DNA of 64,000 nt from Minisyncoccota bacterium. GTDB taxonomy: Bacteria > Patescibacteriota > Minisyncoccia > JAHIHE01 > JAGLIN01. The stretch covers positions 6,071 through 70,070 of the forward strand of contig JAGLIM010000024.1 of NCBI GenBank assembly GCA_023142995.1, written 5' to 3'. Each line of letters begins with the position of its first letter. Within the stretch, counting starts at the first letter, position 1. The position numbers and the translations under genes were made by a program. This document shows positions 1 to 8,975 of this stretch, piece after piece. Under the pieces are notes generated by a model, which did not search any database, was not told the origin of the DNA, and was given only the letters and a program-made list of their open reading frames with translations.

Positions 1-224
1 CAAAAGCAAAAGTAAAGTATATATTTTTGAGTTATAACAACGAAGGAATAATGTCTTTAGAAGATATAAAGGAAATTATGAGTTTGCGCGGGGAGTATGG
101 TTATTTTACAAAAGACTATAACAGATTTAAAGCAGATAAATCTGAGAACAGAAATTACAAAGCAAATAAAACAACGGAATATTTACATTATGTTGTTTGT
201 GATTCTGCAAAAATTGGTTTATAA
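1..224 (+). CDS. hypothetical protein, 3' end (reading frame open to window start)
   Basis: Frame 3 is open from base 3 with no stop until TAA 222-224. A perfect hairpin plus T-run terminator follows directly. Confidence 0.3.
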   Translation, partial: KAKVKYIFLSYNNEGIMSLEDIKEIMSLRGEYGYFTKDYNRFKADKSENRNYKANKTTEYLHYVVCDSAKIGL

Positions 225-246
225 CTCTCTCAAAATTTACATAAAA

Positions 247-272
247 AAGAGGAATAAGATCCTCTTTTTTTG
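247..272 (+). terminator. intrinsic terminator
   Basis: AAGAGGA-ataaga-TCCTCTT followed by TTTTTT. Confidence 0.6.
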
Positions 273-324
273 TACTTGTTTTTACTGTTCTATGTATGTT
301 TTGTATTTTATGATGTAAAAATAC

Positions 325-358
325 TTGACATATATTTTATTTATGCTAATCTATAAAT
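325..358 (+). promoter_or_regulatory. candidate promoter of lexA (TTGACA -35 at 325-330, A/T-rich -10 region, ATG at 359 with almost no leader)
   Basis: TTGACA hexamer lies 29 nt upstream of the ATG with TATAAAT just before the start. The exact -10 is ambiguous. Confidence 0.35.
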
Positions 359-1039
359 ATGGAGATTTCAAAGCTTACTAAAAAACAACGAAAAGTATTC
401 GATTTAATAGAGTCGTATTTTAATAAATATGGCTGTTCTCCTACAATCACTGAATTAAAAGAAGCATTAGCCGTCAATTCTTTACGAACTGTTGTTCAAT
501 ATCTTGAAGCACTAGAGAAAAAAGGATTTATTTATCGCAAACATAATCAAAAAAGAGGTATAGAACTTGCAAACATAGGAACGACAACGGATTTTGACAC
601 AATATTATTGCCAGTCGTTGCGTCTGTTGGATGCGATGATGCAAGCATATTCGCGGATGAAAAGATAGATGAATATATAACCATAGATAAAAATTTTATT
701 CCCGATGGGAAAAGTATTAAGGATATGGTGGTGGTTAAAGCAATAGGCGCGAGTATGCAAGAAGCGGGAATCAGTTCAGGCGATTATGTATTAGTAGAAA
801 AAATTGATACTGCTCAAGCACAAGAAAACGATCGCGTAGTGGCAATAATAGATGATAACATTGTTATAAAAAAACTTCATTTTGCAAAAAATGCCATAAT
901 CCTAAACCCCGAATCAAAAAATAAACATTACAAAGCGATAATAATGAAAAGAGATTTTTATATTCCAGGGCGGGTAGTGGATGTTATTAAAATGAAACCT
1001 GATTTAGAAATTAAATATATACCAATAGAAAATAATTAA
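359..1039 (+). CDS. lexA: LexA repressor (S24 peptidase)
   Basis: N-terminal winged-helix LexA-type DNA-binding region. C-terminal S24 motifs: Ala-Gly cleavage site region, GASM catalytic Ser, VIKKL Lys. Confidence 0.85.
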   Translation: MEISKLTKKQRKVFDLIESYFNKYGCSPTITELKEALAVNSLRTVVQYLEALEKKGFIYRKHNQKRGIELANIGTTTDFDTILLPVVASVGCDDASIFADEKIDEYITIDKNFIPDGKSIKDMVVVKAIGASMQEAGISSGDYVLVEKIDTAQAQENDRVVAIIDDNIVIKKLHFAKNAIILNPESKNKHYKAIIMKRDFYIPGRVVDVIKMKPDLEIKYIPIENN

Positions 1040-1056
1040 CTAATCTAATCTAAAAC

Positions 1057-1308
1057 ATGGAAAATAAAGAAAGAGCCGTTGAGGCTTTAGAAAAAATTGA
1101 AAAGGTAATTGACGAAATAAGAGATATGTTCCCTGATATTAAAAAAGAGCAGATTAAAATTTTTGTTAAGAATAAGAAATATAATGATCCTGTTAAAATA
1201 TTAAAAAAAGTTGATAGGATAATTATAAATTATAACGAAAGCAACGCTGAAAGAAAATTGGAAAGTCTATTAGGATTTTTAGGTATCACTGTTAAAAAAG
1301 AAAAATAA
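1057..1308 (+). CDS. hypothetical small protein downstream of lexA
   Basis: 83-aa ORF 17 bp after the lexA stop. Its 3' end is partially duplicated just downstream (aaattggaaagt...ttagg repeated at 1256 and 1316). Confidence 0.45.
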   Translation: MENKERAVEALEKIEKVIDEIRDMFPDIKKEQIKIFVKNKKYNDPVKILKKVDRIIINYNESNAERKLESLLGFLGITVKKEK

Positions 1309-1437
1309 AAAACTAAATTGGAAAGTTTTAAGGGTTTTAGAGCATGAAATAATAAAAAATTTTGATAAAACAATTAATAGAATAATTGTTTTTTTAGAAA
1401 GTAAAAATAATTAAACAATATTTAAGTATTTAAAATA

Positions 1438-4400
1438 ATGGATAATATAAGCCAAATCATTTCACCAGACCAATTTTCTAAACTTTGTAAGCATCTTTTT
1501 GCTGCTGAATTTGATGATTTTCAAACTATTGATGATAGCGGTGGCGATAAAGGAAATGATGGGTATTCAGAAAAGCAAAAAACACTTTTTCAGCTTTACT
1601 GTCCCAAAAAACCAAATAAAGCGACCGATTCAAAATATAAATTAAAAATAAAAAGGGATTTAGATAAAGCAAAAGAACTTGTTGATTCTGGAAAATATAT
1701 TATTGAAAAATGGATTTTTGTTACCCCCGCGGAACTGCGAGAGGATGTTCATACTTATATTAGAACAGAGGCTGCGGAGAGAGGGTTTATTGGTATAGCG
1801 TGGGCAAGTTCCAAGTTGATAGTATTTTTTACAAAGCATTCCAATTTACGAAGTCAATTTCCAGATTTAATTCAGCCAGACATTGAACAGAAAATAGATT
1901 TATTAGATTCAAAAATTATAGGGCATACGGAATCAATCAATAATGTCAAGAAGAAATACCGAACGAAGTTGGAACAAAATTATCAACGACGTATTAACGA
2001 AGCAAAGATAAAAATAGATGATGAAAAAAACGAAGCAGCAAAAAAGGAATATGAAACAATTTTAAGAGATTTAAACTCGGAATCAGAAAAAATAGACCCG
2101 CATCTTTTTTTTCGAGTTCATAATAATTTAGGTGCTTGTGAATTAAATCTCGGAAACACAAAAGAAGCAGCGAAATTTTTTGAAAAAGCTTATTCGTTTA
2201 AACCAGACCAATCAATAGCAATTGCGAATTATGCTTTATCAAAATCCTTAGAAGATAATCCAAAAGAAGGGCTGGCGATAATTGAGGATCTGTTAAAAAA
2301 GCATCCTACTGATAATCACGCGATCTCTGTTAAGGCAAATATTCTGTACACTTTAGAAAGATATGAAAAGTTGATACCATTCCTGAAAGAAAAAGGAGAA
2401 ACAGTGTTGTCGTGCTGGTATAAGGGATTTGAAGCAATGTCCAAGGATGACTACGATACCGCAATTTTCTGTTTTGAGAAAGTTATTCATCTTGAACCAA
2501 AAAATATTAAAGCGTACTTTTTAGCTGCTCAAAATGTTATGATCGGGTCAAGAGAATTTGTTAAGAATAATGCTTTTCTGCCTGATAAAATATCTTCTGC
2601 TATAAAAGAAAAATTCACGAAAGCTATTTCTTGGTTAAAAAAGGCAGTTGAACTTTTACAAGATAAGGAACAGAATAAGGAACAGAAAGCTGATTTAGAG
2701 ATGGCATATACTAATTTATCTGGCTGCTTTGTTGCTCTTGGTTTATTTGATGAGGCAATCGAATTTGCGTTAAAAGCTATCTCTGTTGATCCCATATCTC
2801 CCACCCCTTTTCTTAATAAAGGGATAGCTCAACTAAAACTTGGTAAGCATAAAGAAGCAATAAGTAGTTTTAAAAAATATAAAGATTTAGGAGGAGACGA
2901 ATTTAATGTGGATAGGCATAGTGCTTTTTGTTCTTTGAGAACTGGTGATTTAGATACCGCGGAAAAAATAATTATTCCCTTATTAGAACAAAAAAAAGAT
3001 TTAGATTTGGATGTTGCAGAACTTGGAGTGGAGTTATACTCAAGAAGATTAGACAATGACAAGTCAGAAGCGTTATTAAAAAAATTGGAAGAAAACTTTT
3101 CTGACAATTCTCAAGCGTTACGAATTCGTGCTGCACATCTTCAAAGATTAGGAATGTCGGGCGTGGAATTATTACTTCAGAAGGCATTGGAAAGTTCAAA
3201 ATCAGAATCGGAAAAAATGTTGGCTGAAATGGATTTAGCTGATTTTTTATACAGCACAAAAGATTATTCCCGCGCTGCAGAAATATATCAAAGATATATT
3301 AACATTAAAGAAGCAACTACAGGAACTCTTAAATATGCTGAATGTCTGTATAGCTCAGGACAATACGGAAATCTCTTAAAATGGATAGGTACATTAGGCA
3401 CATCTGTGCGTGAACATTCTTTAATTCAACAGGTAGAAGCATACTCAAATCTTTACTTGGGTAATCTTGAAAAAGCATCCTCTTCTTTCAAAAAACTTTT
3501 TGAAAAAACCTCAGACAATCTTAAATACCTCGTATTCTATGGAATGTGTAGATTTAGATTGGGCAAAGAACATGAGGCAAAAAAAGCTTATGATGCCGTA
3601 AAAAATAGAGTAATTGAAACTGATGATGTTGTGATACTATCAGGCGGTTATGAATTTATTGGGGAATGGAAAATTGCATTGGAGCTTACTTATAAAGCTT
3701 TAAAAAACGATTCCAATAATCCAAAAGCTCATCTTGTTTACATTTTTACATTTTTACGTAGAGAACAAGTGGAAGAAAAAGATTTTGAAGATAAATATGT
3801 AAAACTATTTCAAAAATCAATTAGCGAATTTAGTAAAAGATTTCCCGAAGAAAAAGCACTACAAACTTTTGAAGTAAAAGATAAAGACATTAGTCCCATG
3901 TTAAAAATGGTTGATCAGTTAGCAGAGTCAACGGAAAATGCAACTGGGCTTTATAGAGAGTCTAGGGTTCCGCTTGCTGTTATTCCAAAGTTTACAAACA
4001 GAAAACCATTTGATGTTTGGGTTGCCTTTACCAAAATGCCAGATGTTGGGATAAAAATTTTATTTGGTTCGCCAGATGAGATTTCAACAGAAGCTTTAAC
4101 GATTAAAGAGTACTACGACAATTCTGTTGTTGTTGATATTTATCCATTATTTCTTCTGACTCACTTCAATCAGCTTGAATTATTACCAAAACTATTTAAG
4201 AAAATTTATGTGCATCAAAGCGTAATTGATGAATTAACAGAATCAATCGACGAACATAGAATATCGGTGCGCAAAGGACAAACAATTTTTGGAAAAATTA
4301 ATGGTCAGCACAAGTTAATTGATATTCCTCCAGAACAAGTACAAAAAACAGTTGCTCTGCTAGAAAAAGTTAGAGATTTCTTAAGCAGGGATAAATCTTG

Positions 4401-5031
4401 CAAAATTCACGGATTATCCAAAGAAAGGTCGGAAGATGAACGCAATTTAATTAATGCTCTTCATGAAACAACAAAAAATAGTGTTTTTCTTGCTGAAGAC
4501 CTTAATTTACCTATTTATTGTGATGATCGCATATTGCGAGTTATTTTAAAAAATGAACACAAAGTAAAATCTTTCTCTACTCAATCTTTAATCAATTTGG
4601 CGCAAACAAAAGGGGTGATATCGCTTGATAAGCGATTTGAGTTGCAGAAAGAAATGATAGGACTTAAATATGAATTTCTTCCAATAGATGCGACTTTTAT
4701 ATATTATTTTTTAAAAAAGGCAAACTATAAGATAGAGAAGATACAAGATATAATTTTTACACTTGTGCAAAAAGAAACAAGTATTCAATCTCTGGAAGTA
4801 GTACTTGCTGATCTTTTCTTTCTACTTTTAATTGAACGGTTAATAGACAACAAAACAAAACTTAAAATATTTAGAAGTATATTATCGCAAGCTTCGCTAA
4901 ACCATTGTTTAGATAATATAGAAGAAGGAATTTTTATGAACCTTCAAAAAAAAGTAAAACCTGAAAAACATAAACAATTAAAAGATATGCTTAAATTATT
5001 TTTTCGTGATTTACACGGTTCGTGCAGTTAA
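1438..5031 (+). CDS. large multidomain protein: N-terminal Mrr-like PD-(D/E)xK nuclease fold, central TPR repeats, C-terminal PIN-like domain
   Basis: N-terminus FSKLCKHLFAAEFDDFQTIDDSGGDKGNDGY...LFQLYCPKK matches the Mrr_cat D-x-G-x-D-G...Q-x-K pattern. There are multiple TPR-like 34-aa repeats. The C-terminus VVVDIYPLFLL...VIDELTE...FLAEDLNLPIYCDDRIL resembles PIN acidic motifs. No P-loop is seen. Confidence 0.7.
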   Translation: MDNISQIISPDQFSKLCKHLFAAEFDDFQTIDDSGGDKGNDGYSEKQKTLFQLYCPKKPNKATDSKYKLKIKRDLDKAKELVDSGKYIIEKWIFVTPAELREDVHTYIRTEAAERGFIGIAWASSKLIVFFTKHSNLRSQFPDLIQPDIEQKIDLLDSKIIGHTESINNVKKKYRTKLEQNYQRRINEAKIKIDDEKNEAAKKEYETILRDLNSESEKIDPHLFFRVHNNLGACELNLGNTKEAAKFFEKAYSFKPDQSIAIANYALSKSLEDNPKEGLAIIEDLLKKHPTDNHAISVKANILYTLERYEKLIPFLKEKGETVLSCWYKGFEAMSKDDYDTAIFCFEKVIHLEPKNIKAYFLAAQNVMIGSREFVKNNAFLPDKISSAIKEKFTKAISWLKKAVELLQDKEQNKEQKADLEMAYTNLSGCFVALGLFDEAIEFALKAISVDPISPTPFLNKGIAQLKLGKHKEAISSFKKYKDLGGDEFNVDRHSAFCSLRTGDLDTAEKIIIPLLEQKKDLDLDVAELGVELYSRRLDNDKSEALLKKLEENFSDNSQALRIRAAHLQRLGMSGVELLLQKALESSKSESEKMLAEMDLADFLYSTKDYSRAAEIYQRYINIKEATTGTLKYAECLYSSGQYGNLLKWIGTLGTSVREHSLIQQVEAYSNLYLGNLEKASSSFKKLFEKTSDNLKYLVFYGMCRFRLGKEHEAKKAYDAVKNRVIETDDVVILSGGYEFIGEWKIALELTYKALKNDSNNPKAHLVYIFTFLRREQVEEKDFEDKYVKLFQKSISEFSKRFPEEKALQTFEVKDKDISPMLKMVDQLAESTENATGLYRESRVPLAVIPKFTNRKPFDVWVAFTKMPDVGIKILFGSPDEISTEALTIKEYYDNSVVVDIYPLFLLTHFNQLELLPKLFKKIYVHQSVIDELTESIDEHRISVRKGQTIFGKINGQHKLIDIPPEQVQKTVALLEKVRDFLSRDKSCKIHGLSKERSEDERNLINALHETTKNSVFLAEDLNLPIYCDDRILRVILKNEHKVKSFSTQSLINLAQTKGVISLDKRFELQKEMIGLKYEFLPIDATFIYYFLKKANYKIEKIQDIIFTLVQKETSIQSLEVVLADLFFLLLIERLIDNKTKLKIFRSILSQASLNHCLDNIEEGIFMNLQKKVKPEKHKQLKDMLKLFFRDLHGSCS

Positions 5032-5195
5032 TAGAAAGAACGAAAATTATTCACTCAAAAAAATTTGAACTTTTGTAAAAAACAAGACAAAATCTTACTT
5101 TGCATTTGTATAGAACTGTGCAATTTTGATTCTGTTTAATCTGTTTTTTTATATGTGCAAGAACCATAATATTATTTTTTTTCCTTGGTTAATAA

Positions 5196-5299
5196 GTTGC
5201 TTACCCTCTCCAACTTCCCCTCAACTCTCTCCCAATTCTCTAAAATCCCAACCCAAACCACTGGGAAATTGTTCCCAACTGTATCCTGTCGCCCCGACA
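5196..5299 (+). repeat. R1 CT-rich intergenic repeat, copy 1
   Basis: ccctctccaacttcccctcaactctctcccaattctc.aaaatccc.acccaaaccac.gggaaattgttcccaact..atcctgtcgccccgac is shared with copies at 6613, 7476, 8662 and 10543. Confidence 0.8.
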
Positions 5300-5503
5300 C
5301 ACATAGATATTTTGAAAATTAACGCAAGAGCGGATAAATTTTTTTATGACGAACCTAGGCTAAAAAGAAATTATCGCAAAAAGACATGGCAAATTTTAGG
5401 CGTTTAACGGACATGTATTAACAGTTTAGAGAATCATTCACTTCTGAATGTTTAAAAAATTGCTAAAGCGCTATAAATAAATTCTAAATATTTATGTAAC
5501 ATT

Positions 5504-5899
5504 ATGAAAGATTTTGAAGCCTCTCAACACAGAGAAAACCCTCCAAGGAAAGTTGAAAATATTTTTGTGGAGAGCGATGCTCAAAGAAAACCAGCTGAGA
5601 ACAAAAAAAGCGAAAATGAAAATGCAATTGCGAATTGGCCAATTGAAAAAATAATGCGTCGTCTCTTGCGAGAAGACAAACATTTTAATCAAGACATAGT
5701 ATATGAAACTTTAATGAAAGAATTGCCAGCAGAAGAAATAGAGACAAAAATAATGGAAGACTATATGGGCTGTACTGGAGAGTCAATAATTGATAAAGTA
5801 CGTCAAGCTTTGGGCGATGACTATGTTCGATTGTTAATTGAACCTTCGATCGGTACGAGAGTGGACGAGTTGATTGTATTTGCTCAAATAGAAGCTTGA
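5504..5899 (+). CDS. hypothetical protein
   Basis: 131-aa ORF in a cassette-like slot directly after R1 copy 1. Confidence 0.45.
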   Translation: MKDFEASQHRENPPRKVENIFVESDAQRKPAENKKSENENAIANWPIEKIMRRLLREDKHFNQDIVYETLMKELPAEEIETKIMEDYMGCTGESIIDKVRQALGDDYVRLLIEPSIGTRVDELIVFAQIEA

Positions 5900-5908
5900 G
5901 AAGGGAAG

Positions 5909-6508
5909 TTGCCGACACCTATAGAATTAAGGAGAAAGTTTAAGGAATCACTTGGCAAGAAAAAGGTTTACAGAGTTGCGACATTAACAGAGCAAGAATT
6001 ACAAGAAATAAAACAAGATGGATTTCTTGCAAACTATTATCGTGTTCGAAGTGAAGAGGAGATTTTGCAGAATGAGGACGGATATGAAAGCGTTGAGTAT
6101 AACCTTTCCAACTTAATAGGCAGAGTCAATATTCATGCTGGAGGGTTTGCAAGCACTAAAGATTCTATGCTAATCAGTACAAGCGATTTTCCAGAGATGG
6201 CGCAGTATGCAGCATTTGTACAACTTAAAGATGATTGGCAAGAAAGAGAAAAAACAGGGCAAAGACTTTATTCAATTCCTATTGAAATTGATGAGTTTCG
6301 GAACATCCGATATGGCAAATATTTACCACATCACATTAAAGCAGAAGGTACTTGGCATAGTAATCAAAAAGATATTCCTTACAACGATCCAGGTATTGAA
6401 TCATTTGTGGAGTTTAGGATCTCTTCAGAAAATATTTTAACCGACGAGATTAGACAGATTGATACAACACAAATTCCAAATTTTGAATTTGTACCAAAAG
6501 GAAAGTAG
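5909..6508 (+). CDS. hypothetical protein (TTG start, SD-like GAAGGGAAG upstream)
   Basis: 199-aa ORF starting 10 nt after the previous stop. No in-frame ATG near the start. Confidence 0.45.
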   Translation: MPTPIELRRKFKESLGKKKVYRVATLTEQELQEIKQDGFLANYYRVRSEEEILQNEDGYESVEYNLSNLIGRVNIHAGGFASTKDSMLISTSDFPEMAQYAAFVQLKDDWQEREKTGQRLYSIPIEIDEFRNIRYGKYLPHHIKAEGTWHSNQKDIPYNDPGIESFVEFRISSENILTDEIRQIDTTQIPNFEFVPKGK

Positions 6509-6612
6509 TTGCATCCTAAATCAGCATGGTATTTTCCTGTATTTTGTTCAAATTCAAGTGGTGTTTAGTAATTGCGACACTTATATTTGCAACTCAAAAC
6601 TTATAATAAAGC

Positions 6613-6706
6613 CATCAATCTTTCCACTCTTTCCAACTTTCCCTCAACTCTCTCCCAATTCTCCAAAATCCCCGCCCAAACCACTTACATCCTGTTGCCC
6701 CGACAA
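6613..6706 (+). repeat. R1 CT-rich repeat, copy 2 (internal ~18-bp deletion)
   Basis: Same consensus as copy 1 but lacking the cgggaaattgttcccaac segment. Confidence 0.8.
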
Positions 6707-6717
6707 AAAATATCGTA

Positions 6718-6756
6718 AGAGACTAGGTTTCCAATTGGAAACCTAGTCTCTTTTTG
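6718..6756 (+). terminator. intrinsic terminator (15-bp perfect stem)
   Basis: AGAGACTAGGTTTCC-aatt-GGAAACCTAGTCTCT followed by TTTT. Confidence 0.7.
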
Positions 6757-6779
6757 AGAGTTATGGTGCATGCGGGTCA

Positions 6780-6808
6780 TTGACAAGGATGGGATTTTCT
6801 GATAGACT
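6780..6808 (+). promoter_or_regulatory. sigma70-like promoter (TTGACA-17-TAGACT)
   Basis: TTGACA at 6780-6785, 17-bp spacer, TAGACT at 6803-6808. GCATGC lies 7 nt upstream of the -35. Confidence 0.55.
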
Positions 6809-6881
6809 ACACGGTCATGGTAAATCGTGGTAAAAATGTTGTTCTTTTAAATAAAAGGAAGAAAAATAATCTTTTTCGGGC

Positions 6882-6926
6882 GGATAAAATATTCACGAAT
6901 ACTAAAGTATATGTAATATTTTATCC
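6882..6926 (+). promoter_or_regulatory. 12-bp perfect inverted repeat in the 5' leader of the 6964 gene
   Basis: GGATAAAATATT-N21-AATATTTTATCC lies between the promoter at 6780 and the SD-preceded ATG at 6964. Confidence 0.35.
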
Positions 6927-6963
6927 ATCCGAAAGTAATAGTGGTGGAACCGGAGGTGCTCAA

Positions 6964-7356
6964 ATGAGCGATAGTGAACATGAGAAATTTCAAGATAAAA
7001 ATATAGAGATGGGAAGAAAAATCGCTGGATTGCCAGTAAGCGCGTCTTTAAACGAAATCGTCATTGCTCTTGCTAAGAAGGGAGAATATGCAGAGGCAGT
7101 TGAACTGCTCTTTGGATCAGGGAGAGAGCCACCTTTGTCAGATGATCAGATGGGGTTTGGTGTTTATATTCGGCTGTGGATTGGAACCTACCCCGATATG
7201 ATTGAGAAAATCGTGAATGCGTATCATTGGACTTCAGAAGAGGTAAGTGCCAAGAGAAAGAAAGGAGGCTTTAAAATCCACGTATATCCAGATGAAGCAT
7301 TTATGATTGAGGAGCCCGTTGCAACTGAGCTTCTAACAATTTTGTTGCCACAATAA
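6964..7356 (+). CDS. hypothetical protein (start chosen at SD-preceded ATG; ORF track starts at 6817)
   Basis: GGAGGT lies 6 nt before ATG 6964. Upstream in-frame sequence is AT-rich leader containing the inverted repeat. Confidence 0.45.
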   Translation: MSDSEHEKFQDKNIEMGRKIAGLPVSASLNEIVIALAKKGEYAEAVELLFGSGREPPLSDDQMGFGVYIRLWIGTYPDMIEKIVNAYHWTSEEVSAKRKKGGFKIHVYPDEAFMIEEPVATELLTILLPQ

Positions 7357-7475
7357 TGCTATATAAAATTCTTCTTTCGCAGTTCTCAAATATTATAAAG
7401 TGCTGGTCATATTAAATGTGGCTAGCCATTTTTTTTGTAAAGTTTTTTGTAAAGTGTAATTATATTTTTTACTTT

Positions 7476-7586
7476 ATCAACCTTTCCACCCTCTCCAATT
7501 TCCCCTCAACTCTCTCCCAATTCTCCAAAATCCCCACCCAAACCACCGGGAAATTGTTCCCAACTACATCCTGTTGCCCCGACAAG
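7476..7586 (+). repeat. R1 CT-rich repeat, copy 3 (most complete)
   Basis: atcaacctttccaccctctccaatttcccctcaactctctcccaattctccaaaatccccacccaaaccaccgggaaattgttcccaactacatcctgttgccccgacaag. Confidence 0.85.
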
Positions 7587-7589
7587 AAA

Positions 7590-7623
7590 AATAACCTTTT
7601 TATCTGAGAGGTTATTTTTTTTG
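7590..7623 (+). terminator. intrinsic terminator
   Basis: ATAACCT-loop-AGGTTAT followed by TTTTTTTT. Confidence 0.65.
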
Positions 7624-7671
7624 TAGATTTAGAAGCTTCAAGTTTTTTAGTGGTGTGAGATGGCGGAGCTA

Positions 7672-7700
7672 TTGACAAAGATTATGTTTTTGGTATAATG
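7672..7700 (+). promoter_or_regulatory. consensus sigma70 promoter (TTGACA-17-TATAAT)
   Basis: TTGACA at 7672-7677, 17-bp spacer, TATAAT at 7695-7700. Confidence 0.7.
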
Positions 7701-7766
7701 AAAGGTCAGTTAATTTGGAAATAAAAAATAATTTATCAAATTCTGACACAATGGAGTTGCAAAGAA

Positions 7767-8441
7767 ATGATCAAATCAACATTTATTGACAATCTTGAAT
7801 CTATCGGGGAAGGGATCTTTGAAATCTTGAAAACATTAAACATATCTTCAGATACTAACTTTGAATTAGATATGTTTATGTTCAGGTTTTGTGAGAAAAA
7901 AGGTATAATTCGTTTCTGGAAAAAAGATCAGAATGAAATTATTTCAGAATATGACATTGTAGAAAATGGAATCTCAGTTCTAAAGCATGAAAGCATTGAA
8001 TCTTTGACATATGTCTCAACACCAAGAATTGAAGTAGGAATTTGTCAAAAAGATTCTCCTCAGGTTAGATTTTATTGGAAAAAAAATGACAATGTTGGAG
8101 AATTAGTTCATGTCAAAGTTGATCTAGGAGAAAACAAAAGGAGGGAAGGAGATAGAATATTTGTGGGTTACGGTAGAGATATTAACGACTTCAAAGCTCG
8201 TAGAGGAGCGAGCATGGTTAGTGAGAAGATTAGTATACCGCCAAATTTACCTTCGGTTTTATCAGGAGATAAAATATTAGGACATAAAATTCTTTGGAGC
8301 ATTGTTTTTGAACCTAAGGCAAAAAAGATTTTCGATGAATCTGCGCTTCAAGAGTTTCGTAAAGAAATTGATAAACTAATTTCTGATAAAAATCTGCGCT
8401 TCGAGAGTTTTATAAAGAACAAAGGTTTTATAAAAGATTGA
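7767..8441 (+). CDS. hypothetical protein
   Basis: 224-aa ORF. Its 3' end contains a ~53-bp tandem duplication (8338-8462) spanning the stop. Confidence 0.5.
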   Translation: MIKSTFIDNLESIGEGIFEILKTLNISSDTNFELDMFMFRFCEKKGIIRFWKKDQNEIISEYDIVENGISVLKHESIESLTYVSTPRIEVGICQKDSPQVRFYWKKNDNVGELVHVKVDLGENKRREGDRIFVGYGRDINDFKARRGASMVSEKISIPPNLPSVLSGDKILGHKILWSIVFEPKAKKIFDESALQEFRKEIDKLISDKNLRFESFIKNKGFIKD

Positions 8442-8532
8442 TAAAGAAATCTCTGATAAACAAGATTAAAACCATACTATAATAGTTCTTTCGGAATGTT
8501 TGAACTATAAGGATATTTTTTTGGTCTAATTC

Positions 8533-8570
8533 AATGGAGTAAAGGATTCAACCTGATCTCCATTTTTATT
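8533..8570 (+). terminator. intrinsic terminator, T2 module (AATGGAG...CTCCATT + T-run)
   Basis: The stem flanks an 18-nt loop. The same module recurs at 12716 and, diverged, at 14321. Confidence 0.55.
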
Positions 8571-8661
8571 TGTCCCAAATCGAATAATATCTCAAAAATG
8601 ATTGTACGAGAATCTTTTTTGACTCTTGTTATTTATATGATTTTAGTTAATTTTTGATTCA

Positions 8662-8778
8662 TCTCATCAACCTTTCTACTCTCTCCAACTTCTCCTCAAC
8701 TCTTTTCCAATTTTCCAAAATCCCCACCCAGACCACCGGGAAATTGTTCGGGGCTACATCCTGTCGCCCCGACAAAAG
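8662..8778 (+). repeat. R1 CT-rich repeat, copy 4
   Basis: Same consensus. This variant ends gttcggggctacatcctgtcgccccgac. Confidence 0.85.
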
Positions 8779-8808
8779 AAATAATCCTTTAGAGGGTTAT
8801 TTTTTGTA
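8779..8808 (+). terminator. intrinsic terminator
   Basis: ATAATCC-tttagag-GGTTAT (one G.U pair) followed by a T-run. Confidence 0.5.
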
Positions 8809-8843
8809 TAGAGTTAGAAACTTTGAATTTTATATGCGTACCA

Positions 8844-8871
8844 TTGACAAAATCTTTCTTTAATATATTAT
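8844..8871 (+). promoter_or_regulatory. sigma70-like promoter (TTGACA-16-TATTAT)
   Basis: TTGACA at 8844-8849. Candidate -10 TATTAT at 8866-8871. Confidence 0.5.
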
Positions 8872-8975
8872 TGAATGGTTCAAGGAACGAACCGACAATG
8901 CTATTTTCAGTGTTGGATAAAGCAGTGTCCTTTGACAATTTATGAAGGAAAAAATATACGGAGGTATGGAAGAAG

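Noticed and set aside
97-318. ORF 97-318 and other short overlapping ORFs (e.g. 6207-6440, 9922-10182, 17173-17355, 18433-18714)
   Set aside because: They overlap better-supported genes in other frames or strands and have no independent support.
2529-3259. Minus-strand ORFs 2529-2804, 2829-3107 and 2972-3259 inside the TPR gene
   Set aside because: They are antisense to a long conserved-domain ORF, low complexity, with no SD or promoter. They are typical shadow ORFs in AT-rich DNA.
5126-8863. ORFs 5126-5407, 6459-6746, 7416-7607 and 8654-8863 overlapping the CT-rich repeat
   Set aside because: The repeat is translated in different frames in different copies (PSPTSPQLSPNS vs LSTLSNFPSTLSQ). 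Copy 2 has a frame-breaking deletion. They are non-coding artefacts of a CT-rich sequence lacking stop codons.
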